Shown here one piece after another: positions 1 through 9,900 of a stretch of 64,000 bases of DNA (position 1 is the stretch's first letter; every line of letters starts with the position of its first letter). The stretch spans positions 160,001 to 224,000 of the forward strand of contig CAVXGR010000015.1 of NCBI GenBank assembly GCA_963761335.1, read 5' to 3'. The stretch is from an uncultured delta proteobacterium (lineage in GTDB: Bacteria; Desulfobacterota; Binatia; HRBIN30; BPIQ01). The position numbers and the translations under genes were made by a program. The notes under the pieces were generated by a model. That model was given only the letters and a program-made list of their open reading frames with translations, searched no databases and was not told the DNA's origin.

Positions 1-47
1 AAGTCAACAGACTCTGCTATCGCGAACCGCTGAGCTCCCACGCCGAA

Positions 48-485
48 TCAGACCGATGGGACCTTCAGCCTGGAAGCTCTCGCCAGCGCCGCTTGACGGC
101 GGTCGAAGGTGAGGAACGACGCGCAGCCGAGCACCAGGGCGCTGGCGACGTGCAAGATATCTAAACTGCGCGTGCCGAGTTTCTCCGAGTGCAGGGCGCT
201 CAGGCGCTCGGCTTCGATCATTACATCGGGTAGGGCTGACGACGTCGGCGCGAGCACCCCGGCGGCGAGGTCGGCGAGCAGCATGTTCAACGACGCCTCA
301 CGCTGAGCGCCGGTTATCTCGCGTCGAAAGACCCGCAGCCGCAACGCATTGCGCAGCTCGAGCTGATGCAGCCAGGTAAACGGCAGCGGCAGCGCCTGTC
401 GCCGCATGCGCGCGACCACCCGCCGGGTGTGCGCATCGGGCGCGTACAGAGAGCAGAGAAAACCCGTGTCGGCGTAGCCGCTCAC
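48..485 (-). CDS. PIN-domain (VapC-like) toxin
   Basis: N-terminal YADTGFL and C-terminal RSLDILHVASAL...FLTFDRRQ acidic PIN motifs; 4-nt overlap with upstream antitoxin. Confidence 0.85.
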   Translation of the reverse strand: MSGYADTGFLCSLYAPDAHTRRVVARMRRQALPLPFTWLHQLELRNALRLRVFRREITGAQREASLNMLLADLAAGVLAPTSSALPDVMIEAERLSALHSEKLGTRSLDILHVASALVLGCASFLTFDRRQAALARASRLKVPSV

Positions 486-724
486 GTCTCGCCGCGCGAT
501 TCGGAGACGATCTCAGTGCCCGTGGCGGGTAGTACCGCGGCTCCGTAGACACGCCGCAGGCGCGCACCGAAATCGGGCTTCTCGACGCGACCTGAGCGCC
601 TGGGAGGTGATAGAATAGCCACCGGTTGATTGCGGCGCCGCACCTCCACGCGCTCACCTGCAGCGACCCAACCGAGCACGGTCGATGTATCGTGTTTGAG
701 CTCACGAATCGTGGCGACTTTCAT
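482..724 (-). CDS. Phd/YefM-family antitoxin
   Basis: MKVATIRELK...VAAGERVEVRRRNQPVAIL pattern; start moved to ATG at 724; directly upstream of PIN toxin. Confidence 0.8.
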   Translation of the reverse strand: MKVATIRELKHDTSTVLGWVAAGERVEVRRRNQPVAILSPPRRSGRVEKPDFGARLRRVYGAAVLPATGTEIVSESRGET

Positions 725-901
725 AGGTGTCACACTAACGTGACACATGGAACAGTGCAACATTTGGCCCAGGTTTTGAGACAACCTCTGAACCCCCCGG
801 CTACCATCGAAGAATCAATGCGCAAGTCGGATTTGCCAACCGGTTCTCCATCCCCGGCCACCGGTTCTCCATTCTCCATTTCTTCTCTTCGATGCCGCCG
901 C

Positions 902-2308
902 TCACCCCTTGGCGACGTTCACCGTCTGAATCTCCGTGAAGCCGAGCAGCCCCCAGGGGCCGTTCTCGACGCCGATGCCGGACCACTTGGCGCCGCCGAA
1001 GGGCGTGTTCGGAAGGATCGCCAGGTGCTGGTTCACCCAGGCGGTGCCGCACTCGAGGCGCATGGCGACCTCCGCTCCCTTCGCCGGGTCCGCCGACCAC
1101 ACCGAGCCGCTCAGACCGAAGTGGGTGCGGTTGGCGCGCTCGACGGCGTCGTCGACGTCGCGGTAGGTGATCACCGGCAGCGCCGGACCGAACTGCTCCT
1201 CGTCCACCAGGCGGGTGCCGTCGGAGATGTCGCCGACGACCGTCGGCGCGAAGAAGTAGCCGGGTGACTCCAGCGGTCCGCCGCCGGCGGCAATGGTGGC
1301 GCCCCGCCTTTTGGCGTCCTCGACCAGCTCGGTGACCCGCTCGAACTGGGGCCGGTTGTTGATCGGCCCGATCTGCGTGCCCTCCTTCATGCCGTCGCCG
1401 ACGATGACCTTCTTTGCCAACCCCGAGAGCTCCTCGAGCAGCGGTCGATACTGATCCTCGTGCACGTAGACCCGCTTGATGGCGCTGCAGATCTGGCCGC
1501 AGTTCTCGAAGGCGCCCCAGAAGATCTTCTGGGCCACGGCCCTGGGATCCACATCGGGCAGGACGATGGCGGCATCGTTGCCGCCGAGCTCGAGGGTGAC
1601 GCGCTTCAGGTCCGGAGCGGCGGCGGCAGCGACCTTCTTGCCAGTGGCGACCGAGCCCGTGAAGGAGATCTTGCGTACCGCCGGGTGCGAGGTCATCCAC
1701 GAGCCGAGCTGATCGCCGCCGGAAACCGTGTTGAGCACTCCGGGCGGCAGCACGCCGCGCAGAATCTCGCCGAGCTTGAGTGTCGTCAGCGGCGTGAACG
1801 GCGACGGCTTGATCACCACGGTGTTGCCGGCGAGCAGCGCCGGGGCGATCTTCCAGGTGGCGAGCAGCAGCGGATAGTTCCACGGCGTGATGGCGGCGAC
1901 CACACCGAGAGGCCGGCGGCGGACCTCGATGCGGGCGCGGTCGTTGTCGCTGACCACCTCCACCGGAATCTCCAGGCCGGCGGTGTACTGGAACCACACC
2001 ACGGCACCCATGATCTCCTCGGTGGCCTTGGCCAACGGCTTTCCCTGCTCCTGGGTCAGGATGGGAGCGACTTCTCCGACTCTGGCCTTCAATGCCTCGG
2101 CGCAGGCGATGAGCGCCTGCCGTCGCTTGTCGACGTCGGTCTTCCAGCTGCCGTATGCCCGGGCCGCCGACTCCATGGCGGCGTCGAGCTGCGCCTGGGT
2201 GCAATCGGGGACCTCGGTGAACTCCTGGCCGGTGGCCGGATTGATCACGGGGATGGTCTTCTCGGTCCGCGGTGCGGCGCCGTCGATCGTCATGCTCAGC
2301 TGGTCCAC
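902..2308 (-). CDS. NAD(P)-dependent aldehyde dehydrogenase
   Basis: ITPWNYP, FTGS, LELGGND, GQIC, EEQFGP and PFGGAKWSG motifs; GTG start at 2308 preceded by AGGAGG. Confidence 0.95.
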   Translation of the reverse strand: MDQLSMTIDGAAPRTEKTIPVINPATGQEFTEVPDCTQAQLDAAMESAARAYGSWKTDVDKRRQALIACAEALKARVGEVAPILTQEQGKPLAKATEEIMGAVVWFQYTAGLEIPVEVVSDNDRARIEVRRRPLGVVAAITPWNYPLLLATWKIAPALLAGNTVVIKPSPFTPLTTLKLGEILRGVLPPGVLNTVSGGDQLGSWMTSHPAVRKISFTGSVATGKKVAAAAAPDLKRVTLELGGNDAAIVLPDVDPRAVAQKIFWGAFENCGQICSAIKRVYVHEDQYRPLLEELSGLAKKVIVGDGMKEGTQIGPINNRPQFERVTELVEDAKRRGATIAAGGGPLESPGYFFAPTVVGDISDGTRLVDEEQFGPALPVITYRDVDDAVERANRTHFGLSGSVWSADPAKGAEVAMRLECGTAWVNQHLAILPNTPFGGAKWSGIGVENGPWGLLGFTEIQTVNVAKG

Positions 2309-2428
2309 GTGGTTCCTCCTCTGGTTTTCCTGCGACTCTTCCGTAGGTATCAGCTTGGCTGCTGCGTGGCGAGAGACCCCCGCATCCCTCTTGCGCGTTC
2401 GAGGTCTCCTCGAATAGCTTGGATCGAC

Positions 2429-4513
2429 GTGCCCCATCCGATCGTCGACGAAGAGGTTGCCCTCCTTCAGAAGGTCCTCGACCGCATCGCCGAGGGACCG
2501 GGCCGGGCTCTGCCCTCGGAGACGGCGATCGTGCGCGAGCTCGAGCACCTGCGGGACGTGCTCGCGGAGGGGAGCGAGGCCAAGGACCACGCCGCTCTGC
2601 TGCAGCAGTACGAGAGGCAGTCAGCGCTGCTGCGGCAGCTGCGCGCCTCCCGCGAGATGCCGCAGGTCGACGTCGAGTCGCCCTACTTCGCCCATCTGCG
2701 CCTGCGCGAGAGGGCCGGCGAGTGGGACCTCTGTCTCGGCAAGGCCACCTTCATCAAGGGCGACGTCAGCATCGTCGACTGGCGCAATGCGCCGATCTCG
2801 CACATCTACTACCGCTACCAGCAGGGCGAGGACTACGAGGAAGAGATCGCCGGTCGGCTGCGGAGCGGTACGGTCACGGGACGGCGGGCGCTGACGATTC
2901 GCAACCGCACCCTCGGACGCATCGAGGCGCCCGAGGGTGTGTTCGCGGCCGATGCCGCTGCCCCGGACGGCTGGCGTGAGCTGCCGCCTCGGGTCGTGCG
3001 CTTGGCCGGAGGTGAAGGCTCGGCGCTGCGGGCCTGGGAAGGGGAGCAGGGACGTCACCGCCGCCTGGGAAGCGATCCGCGAGGCGTGCGCCGCCGCGCC
3101 GACAAGCACCTCCCCGACATCGCCGGGCTCATCGACCCCGAGCAGTTCGCGCTCATCACCCGCCCCTCCTCCGGTTTCGTCGTCATCCGCGGCACCGCCG
3201 GCTCCGGCAAGACCACGGTGGCGCTGCATCGCATCGCCTATCTCGCCTACGGAGACGAGACGGTCGACTCGGAGCGGACGCTGTTCATCGTTTTCTCGCC
3301 GGCGCTGCGCAACTACGTCAGCCACGTTCTCCCCGCCCTCGGCGTCGAGCGCGTGCAGGTGCGCACCCTCCACGACTGGGCGGCGGAGCAGAGCCGGCGT
3401 CTGTTCCCCATGCTGCCCCGCGCCATCCGCGGCAGCGCGCCGGCGACGGTGTACAAGCTGAAGGTGCATCCGGCCATGCTGCGGGTGCTCGACGAGCAGG
3501 TGCGGCGCGTCGGCGGGCCACCGACGCCGGCGCAGGTGATCGACGACTGGGGAAGCGCTCTCGGCAACGCCCCGCTGCTCGAGGAGGTTCTCGACCGCAG
3601 CGCCCCCGGAGCCTTCTCTGCGGAGGAGATCCAGCGCGCCGCCGCCTGGAGCCGCGACCGCCACGACGAGGTGATCAGCTGGGTGAGCGGCGACCGCGAG
3701 GTGCAGGCGGAGATCGACACCGAGGACAATCCGCTGCTGCTGCGCGCCTGGCAGCTGCGCGTCGGAGCGATTCCGGGACGCGGCGGCCGGCCGCTGCGCT
3801 ACCGGCACGTCGCCGTCGACGAGGTGCAGGACTTCTCGCCGCTCGAAGTGCGCGTCCTTCTCGACTGCCTCGACGACCATCACAGCATGACTCTGGCGGG
3901 CGATACGCAGCAGCACGTCATGCAGGATGCCGGCTTCACCTCGTGGGACGCCTTCTTCCGCCACCTGGGTATCGGTGGCACCGCCGTCGACACCCTGCGC
4001 ATCAGCTATCGCTCGACGCGAGAGATCGCCGAGCTCGCCCTGGAGGTTCTCGGACCGCTGCGCGAGGACGAGGAGCCGCCGCTGACGACGCGGACCGGAC
4101 CGCCGGTCGAGCTCTTCCGCTTCTCGGATCACGGCGCCGCGGTTGCCTTCCTCGCGGACGCGCTGCGCGAGCTCATGGACAAGGAGCCGCTCGCCTCGGT
4201 GGCCGTGCTCACCCCGTCGCCCGCGCTGAGCGAGATCTATCACCGCGGGCTGGAGCGCGGAGAGGTGGCGCGCCTGCGCTGGGTGCGGCAGCACGAGTTC
4301 ACTTTCACGCCCGGAATCGACGTCACTGAGATCGAGCAGGCGAAGGGACTGGAGTTCGACTACGTGGTGCTGCTCGAGGTGAGCGGCGCGAACTTCCCCG
4401 ACACGGCGGCGGCGCGGCGGCTGCTCCACGTGGGCGTCAGCCGCGCCGTCCACCAGCTGTGGATCACCAGCGTGGCGACGCCCTCACCGCTGGTGCGCGC
4501 CGTCGGCGGATAG
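2429..4513 (+). CDS. HelD/UvrD-like SF1 helicase-ATPase
   Basis: SPYFAHL, IVDWRNAPIS, Walker A GTAGSGKTTVALHRIAYL, VDEVQD, GDTQQ, SYRST, AKGLEFD; start at GTG 2429 inferred. Confidence 0.85.
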   Translation: MPHPIVDEEVALLQKVLDRIAEGPGRALPSETAIVRELEHLRDVLAEGSEAKDHAALLQQYERQSALLRQLRASREMPQVDVESPYFAHLRLRERAGEWDLCLGKATFIKGDVSIVDWRNAPISHIYYRYQQGEDYEEEIAGRLRSGTVTGRRALTIRNRTLGRIEAPEGVFAADAAAPDGWRELPPRVVRLAGGEGSALRAWEGEQGRHRRLGSDPRGVRRRADKHLPDIAGLIDPEQFALITRPSSGFVVIRGTAGSGKTTVALHRIAYLAYGDETVDSERTLFIVFSPALRNYVSHVLPALGVERVQVRTLHDWAAEQSRRLFPMLPRAIRGSAPATVYKLKVHPAMLRVLDEQVRRVGGPPTPAQVIDDWGSALGNAPLLEEVLDRSAPGAFSAEEIQRAAAWSRDRHDEVISWVSGDREVQAEIDTEDNPLLLRAWQLRVGAIPGRGGRPLRYRHVAVDEVQDFSPLEVRVLLDCLDDHHSMTLAGDTQQHVMQDAGFTSWDAFFRHLGIGGTAVDTLRISYRSTREIAELALEVLGPLREDEEPPLTTRTGPPVELFRFSDHGAAVAFLADALRELMDKEPLASVAVLTPSPALSEIYHRGLERGEVARLRWVRQHEFTFTPGIDVTEIEQAKGLEFDYVVLLEVSGANFPDTAAARRLLHVGVSRAVHQLWITSVATPSPLVRAVGG

Positions 4514-4581
4514 GAGACAGGTATCTTTTCGCCGCCGGGGTACCTGCGAAAACCCAAACTGCCATCACGCCGAAAGGATGC

Positions 4582-5015
4582 CTGCTTCGAAAATCTATTG
4601 GGTGAAGGTCTGGCGGAGCGCACCGGCGCTTGGCGTGGAGGCTTATCGCCCCGGAAGGGGCGCAGGCATGTAGCCCCGGGTGTTAACCCGGGGACCGCGT
4701 TCCGATTGGCCCAGATCAGCGCCCCGCAGGGGGGCGCAGGTGTAGAGGCCGCGTGAATCACCTCGATGAGCTTCCCACGCACCCAGCGGTGATCATCGGC
4801 GTACAGGCGTGACATCGACGAAAACTTGCTCGCGCCCCTAGCGGGGCGCGCCTGACGGAGCGCGCATTCTTCCCCGGGTTTCACCCGGGGCTACACGCCA
4901 CCGCCCCTCCGGGGCGAACTTCAGCCGGGCGAGGACCTCCAAGTCTCTTGCCGGCGCAGAACCCCAGCCTCATTTTCAACGTCTATTGGTGAGCCGTAAG
5001 GCTCATGACGCACTG
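4582..5015 (-). repeat. Dispersed ~430-500 bp non-coding element, copy 1
   Basis: Reverse-complement match along most of its length to 23599-24098 and 46208-46661; inverted GTAGCCCCGGG/CCCGGGGCTAC arms. Confidence 0.9.
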
Positions 5016-5031
5016 TCCCCATGGCTCTTGT

Positions 5032-6636
5032 TCACGAGCGGGCGCGGTCGTCGCCGGTTCCTTCCAGCCGTTCGCGGATGATCTCGCGGCGCTTCTGCAG
5101 CTCCTTGTGGGTCAGCGACTCCACTTCGCGCGACAGGCCGAAGGACGCCTTGAAGCCGGTGAGGTCGATGGCGTTCTGTCCGGGATCGATGCCGATCTCG
5201 GCGGCGATGCGGTCGGAGTGCTTCTCGGCGAAGTAGGCGTAGATCTGCAGAATCTGCTCGAAGAGGTTGATCTCGGGAGCGAGATGGCCGATGGCATCGT
5301 CGATGAAGAGCAGGTTCTTCACGAAGAGCATCAGCGGCTTGGGCAGCTTGGCGCCATAGCCGAGCAGCGCCTTGGTCACTTCCTGGATCTCGCGGGTGAG
5401 CTCTTCCCCGGTCAGCTGAGTCGGGTCGATCGGCGGCCGGTCGAGCTTCAGGTCGCGGATCACCTGATCGAGATCAGCGTCGGCGGCGAGGGCGCCGAGG
5501 TCCCGGTAGCACTCGAGCTGCCCGCGAATGTCGTTCACCGCGCCGAGCATCATGAGGCGCATGAAGGCGAGCCGCCGCTTCTCGTCCATGCGCGCGGTGA
5601 TGCCGTAGTCGAAGAGCGCGATCCTGCCCTCCGGAGTGACGAGCAGGTTGCCGCCGTGCAGATCGCCGTGAAAAATGCCGAAGATGACCGCGCCCTCCAG
5701 GAAGGAGATCACCAGGGCGCGCAGCATCGCGGAGGTGTCGACGCCGGCTTCCTTCATGGCGCTCACGTCGTCGTAGGTGAAGCCGTCGAGGCGCTCCATG
5801 ACCAGCACCCGCTGGGTCACCAGCTGGGGATGCGGGCGGGGCACGGTGATGATGCGCTGGCCGGCTTCCGCGAAGACGCGCGCCAGATCGAGCATGCTCT
5901 CGGCCTCGAGGCGGAAATCGAGCTCCTCGAGGATGGTCTCGGCGAAGAGCTCCACCAGGGCCGGCGGGTTGGCGAGGGCGGTGATGGGGATACGGCCGAC
6001 CAGGTGCGGTGCGATCCATGCCATTGCCGAGATGTCGCGCCGCACCGAGCGCGCCACTTGGGGTCGCTGCACCTTCACCACCACGCGCTCGCCGCTGCGC
6101 AGTGTGGCGGCGTGCACCTGCGCGATCGAGGCGGCGGCGAGGCACTCGGTCTCGAAGGAAGCGAAAACCTCCTCGAGGCGGCGCCCGAGATCCTCCTCGA
6201 CCACCTGGCGGACGACGGCGAAAGGCTCCGGCTTGACCTGGTCGCGCAGCTGCTTGAACTCGGCGACCAGCTCGTCCGGAAACAGACCCTTGCCCGACGA
6301 GAGAATCTGCCCGAGCTTGATGTACGCCGGACCGAGCGGCTCGAATGCCTGCCGCAAGCGCCGCGAGAGCCCGGCGCGCGACGCCGATCCGCCGCGGCGG
6401 CGCTCGCCGAAGCGCCAGCCGAGAAGCGCCCCGCCGAGGTGGTAGGCGGTCTCGGTGAAGCGGCCGAGTGGCGGCACGGCGCGCCGTCGCAGGAGCTCGG
6501 GGATCTCTCGCTGCACCTGACGGCGAAGCTCGACTAGCCCGTTCGCCCATGTCAGCTCCCCTGGATCGATGCACCAGGGGCCGCGATCGGTGAAGGCGTA
6601 CTGCGCCACGTCGGCGCTGGCGGGAGAAACGGCCAT
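5032..6636 (-). CDS. ABC1/UbiB/AarF family atypical kinase
   Basis: LGPAYIKLGQILS, AAASIAQVH, VVKVQRP, ELDFRLE, FHGDLHGGN, DYG; start uncertain. Confidence 0.92.
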   Translation of the reverse strand: MAVSPASADVAQYAFTDRGPWCIDPGELTWANGLVELRRQVQREIPELLRRRAVPPLGRFTETAYHLGGALLGWRFGERRRGGSASRAGLSRRLRQAFEPLGPAYIKLGQILSSGKGLFPDELVAEFKQLRDQVKPEPFAVVRQVVEEDLGRRLEEVFASFETECLAAASIAQVHAATLRSGERVVVKVQRPQVARSVRRDISAMAWIAPHLVGRIPITALANPPALVELFAETILEELDFRLEAESMLDLARVFAEAGQRIITVPRPHPQLVTQRVLVMERLDGFTYDDVSAMKEAGVDTSAMLRALVISFLEGAVIFGIFHGDLHGGNLLVTPEGRIALFDYGITARMDEKRRLAFMRLMMLGAVNDIRGQLECYRDLGALAADADLDQVIRDLKLDRPPIDPTQLTGEELTREIQEVTKALLGYGAKLPKPLMLFVKNLLFIDDAIGHLAPEINLFEQILQIYAYFAEKHSDRIAAEIGIDPGQNAIDLTGFKASFGLSREVESLTHKELQKRREIIRERLEGTGDDRARS

Positions 6637-6737
6637 GAAGGGCAACTCCCGGAAGCTTAGCGGAAGCCGCCGGGCAGGAGAAGGGACGGCCGCGCCGGGT
6701 AGTGTATCAGTTTGATTCCGACGCACGGGCACCAGGT

Positions 6738-6855
6738 CCCTCTCCCCGCATCATCTTTCGCGGGGAGAGGTCAGGTGAGGGTCCCTTTCTGTTCCCCGAA
6801 AGCTCGTCGTTGTCTCACCCCCGCCCCTCTCCCGCAGGCAATGCGGGAGAGGGCG
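6738..6855. repeat. Twin CCCTCTCCC...GGGAGAGG hairpin repeat, copy 1
   Basis: Two GC-rich stem-loops; inverted homologous copy at 26360-26471. Confidence 0.75.
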
Positions 6856-6909
6856 ACGCCGAACGGCCCGAAATGAATTGAGGCTCTACCCCGCGCCGGC
6901 GCCGCGCCC

Positions 6910-9900
6910 TCACCCACCGGCAACGGCGGCCGCCTCGAGCGGTGCCGGCTCGAGGCGATGCTCGACGCAGTCGGGGACCGCCTCGCGGGCGAGCTCCAGC
7001 AGGCGGGCGTGATGGGTGAAGAAGAGGATCTGGCCGCGGCGGGCCAGCTCGCCGAGCACCTCGAGCGCGGCGCGTGCTCGGGCATCGTCGAAGTGGATGA
7101 GGATGTCGTCGAGCACCAGCGGCATGGGCTCGTTCTGCTGGGCATAGTGCTCCAGGCTGGCGAGCCGCAAGGACAGGTAGAGCTGGTCGCGGGTGCCGTC
7201 GCTCAGGCCGCCGACGCCGACGCGCTTGCCGTCGCCGCGCACGCACTCGAGCACGGCGCGGTCGCCGGCGTCGAAGCCGGCGCGCAAGGCCGTGTAGCGA
7301 CCCAGCGTCAGCTTCGGAAAGATATGGTTGGCGCGCGACAGCACGGGGCCCTGATTGCGGTCCCGGTAACGGTCAATCTCCCGCTCGAGCACCAGTGCGG
7401 CGAGCCGGGCACGCAGGTAGCGCCGGGCGTAGACCCGAATGGCGGCGAGGTGCTCCTGCGCCTCGGCGGCGTCGTCGGCTCCGGAGCGACTGGCGAGCTG
7501 GTCCAGGCCGTTCTCGAGCCCTCCGAGCTCGTGATCGAGAGCCGCCTGCCGGTCGCGCGCCGCCTCCATCGCCTCGGCAATTTCGCCCAGCCGCGCTCGC
7601 GCGTCGTCGGCGTCGACGTCGCGGGTCTGCGCGAGCAGCTCCTCGACGGTGGCGCCGTCGCCGAGCTGGAGCAGCTCGCGGTCGAGGCGCTCGACCTCCG
7701 CGTCGATATCGGCGGCGCGCCGCGAACGCCGCTCGATCTCCTCCAGATCCGCGGTGCTGGCCGCGTCTGCCTGCCGCATCAGCAGCGCCAGCTGGGTCTC
7801 GGCGCCTTGCAGCCGCTCGCGCAGCTCGGCACAGGCGCTGTGCTTCTCGGTCAGCTCTGCGGCGATGCCCTGCCGCTCCTGGGCGTCGGCTCGTCCGCGG
7901 TGGTAGGCGGCGAGGAGGGCCTCCGCTGCCTGATCGGGCGGCTCGGGGGACAGCTCCGCGGCGTGCTCATCCACCAGATGCGCGACCTCGGCGCGGAAGG
8001 CCTCGCCGTCGCGGCGGATGCCGTCGATGCGCGCCTGCAGCTTGCTGATCTCGGCCATCTTGGCGAATAGCGCCACCAGGGAGTCGAGCACCGCGACGGC
8101 CTCTTCCGGGGTCGCCTCGGCGCCCAGGCCGAGGGCCTGCATGCGGACCGTCCATTCTCGCTGCCAGCTCTCCACTTCGAGGCGGGCGTCGTCGCGCTGG
8201 CGGCGGAGGTCGGCAATCTCCTCCTCGAGCGAGGCCGCCGTCGCTGTGATCTCCTGCCGGCGGTGCGCTGCCGCCTGCATCTGCGTCATGGCTTCCTCGG
8301 CGTACACCACGAGCTCGCGCAGCGACTCCCTCGAAGACCCCGGCGGCGGCGCCCCCAGCGCCGCCAGCTCCTGCCGCAGCCGTTCGGTGCTCTCCCGCCG
8401 GCGCGTCTCCATCTCGGCGCAGTCGCGGCGGCTCTTCTCGTATTGCTCGGCGAGCTGCCGCAGAGCAGCGACGCGCGAGAGCCAGACGCGCATCTCGGCG
8501 GGCGAGCGCGGCTCGACGCCGCTCTCGTTCCACAGGGCTCTCCATTCGCGCTCGGCGGCATCGCACCGCTCCGCCCGCTGCGCCGCGGCCGCTCTTGCCG
8601 CGCGTTCCTCCTCCGCGATCTCGCCCTGTTCGGCGAGGAGGCTGGCCAGCTTGGCCACCCGGTCCGCCTCGCGGCGCAGCCGATCGGCGAGCAGGTCGGC
8701 ATCGCGCACCGCCTGCTCGTATGCCGCCGCTGCGCTTGGGAAATCGGTGGAGGCGGGCGCTTCGCGCAGCTGTGCCCACAGCTCGTCGCGCCCGGCGCGG
8801 CGCCGCAGGAGCTGCTCTTCGGTGGGAACCTCGCCGGCGCGCTGCAGCTCGTCCACGCCGCGCGCGGCACGCCGGCGCCGGCGGTGCAGATCCTCTTCGC
8901 GGCGGCTGCCCTCCTCTTCCTCGCGCTGCAGCGCCGCGAGGCGCTCCGCGAACGCCTCGATCGACTCGGCCAGGGGCAGCCGCAATGACGGGAGATCGGC
9001 GACAGAGCCGCTCGGCAGCCCCAGATCCGGCATCTGCCGCGCCGCGCTCTCTTCGGTATCGGCAATCGCGCGGCGCAGACGAGCGATCGATTCGTCGACT
9101 TCTCCCCGACGCTGGGCCGCGGCGATGGCGCGCCGCAGAGGTGCCAGGTCGGGCGGCGACTGCAGCGTTCCGGCCGCGCGCTGCTGTGCCTCCAGCTCCG
9201 CCTCGCGCTTCTCGAGTCGCTGCTCGATCAGGCTCAGCGCCTTGCGCACTCCGCTGTGCTCGCGGGCGAGCTTCTTGATGGCGGCCTGCGCCGGCAGCGG
9301 GACGCGCAGCGCCTCGATCTGCTCCAGGGGCACCTCGCGACCGAGATTCGCGGGAACCCGGCGCGCCTCTTCCTCCAGGTACCGCAGCTCGGAGAGGCGC
9401 CGCGGAAGATCGGCGGCGGCGGCGCGGTGGCTGCCCAGGCGGTTTTGCAGCTCGGCGACCACGGTCTCGTCCACCTGCACCAGAGACTCGGGAATGCGCA
9501 GCTGGGACTGCCGCCGCTCGAGCCTGTCGATCTCGCCGGCGAGCCGCTCGCTCTCCTGGCGGCAGTGCGCCAGCTCTCTTTCGGCGCGCTGGCGCCGCTC
9601 GCCGGCGTCGGCGGCGAGCATGACCACCTCGCCGATCTCCTGTCTTTCGCAACGCAGCTCGCGGAGTCGGGCGAGCAGGGGCAGGACGCGCAGCGTTCGC
9701 TGCAGGCGGTTCTGCTCCGCGGCCAGGTGGCGCTGCTCCTCGCGGCAGCGGTCGCGGATCGTGGATCTCTCCTCGATCGCCTCCTTCTGCTTTGCCCAGG
9801 CATCCGCGGAGAGCACGCTGCCGCGCGTTCTCCGCTCCGCGTCGCGGAAGGCGCGGAGCGCCTCGTTGAGCTTGGGCGTCGAGCCGCGCGGCTTGAACAG

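Noticed and set aside
1460..2428. N-terminal 323 aa of the 1017-aa ORF
   Set aside because: Antisense shadow of the aldehyde dehydrogenase; helicase-like sequence starts near 2429
4360..4884. Recurring ORFs containing MSRLYADDHR (also 23852-24214 and 46338-47651)
   Set aside because: Translations of the dispersed repeat; frames differ between copies, so not a conserved gene
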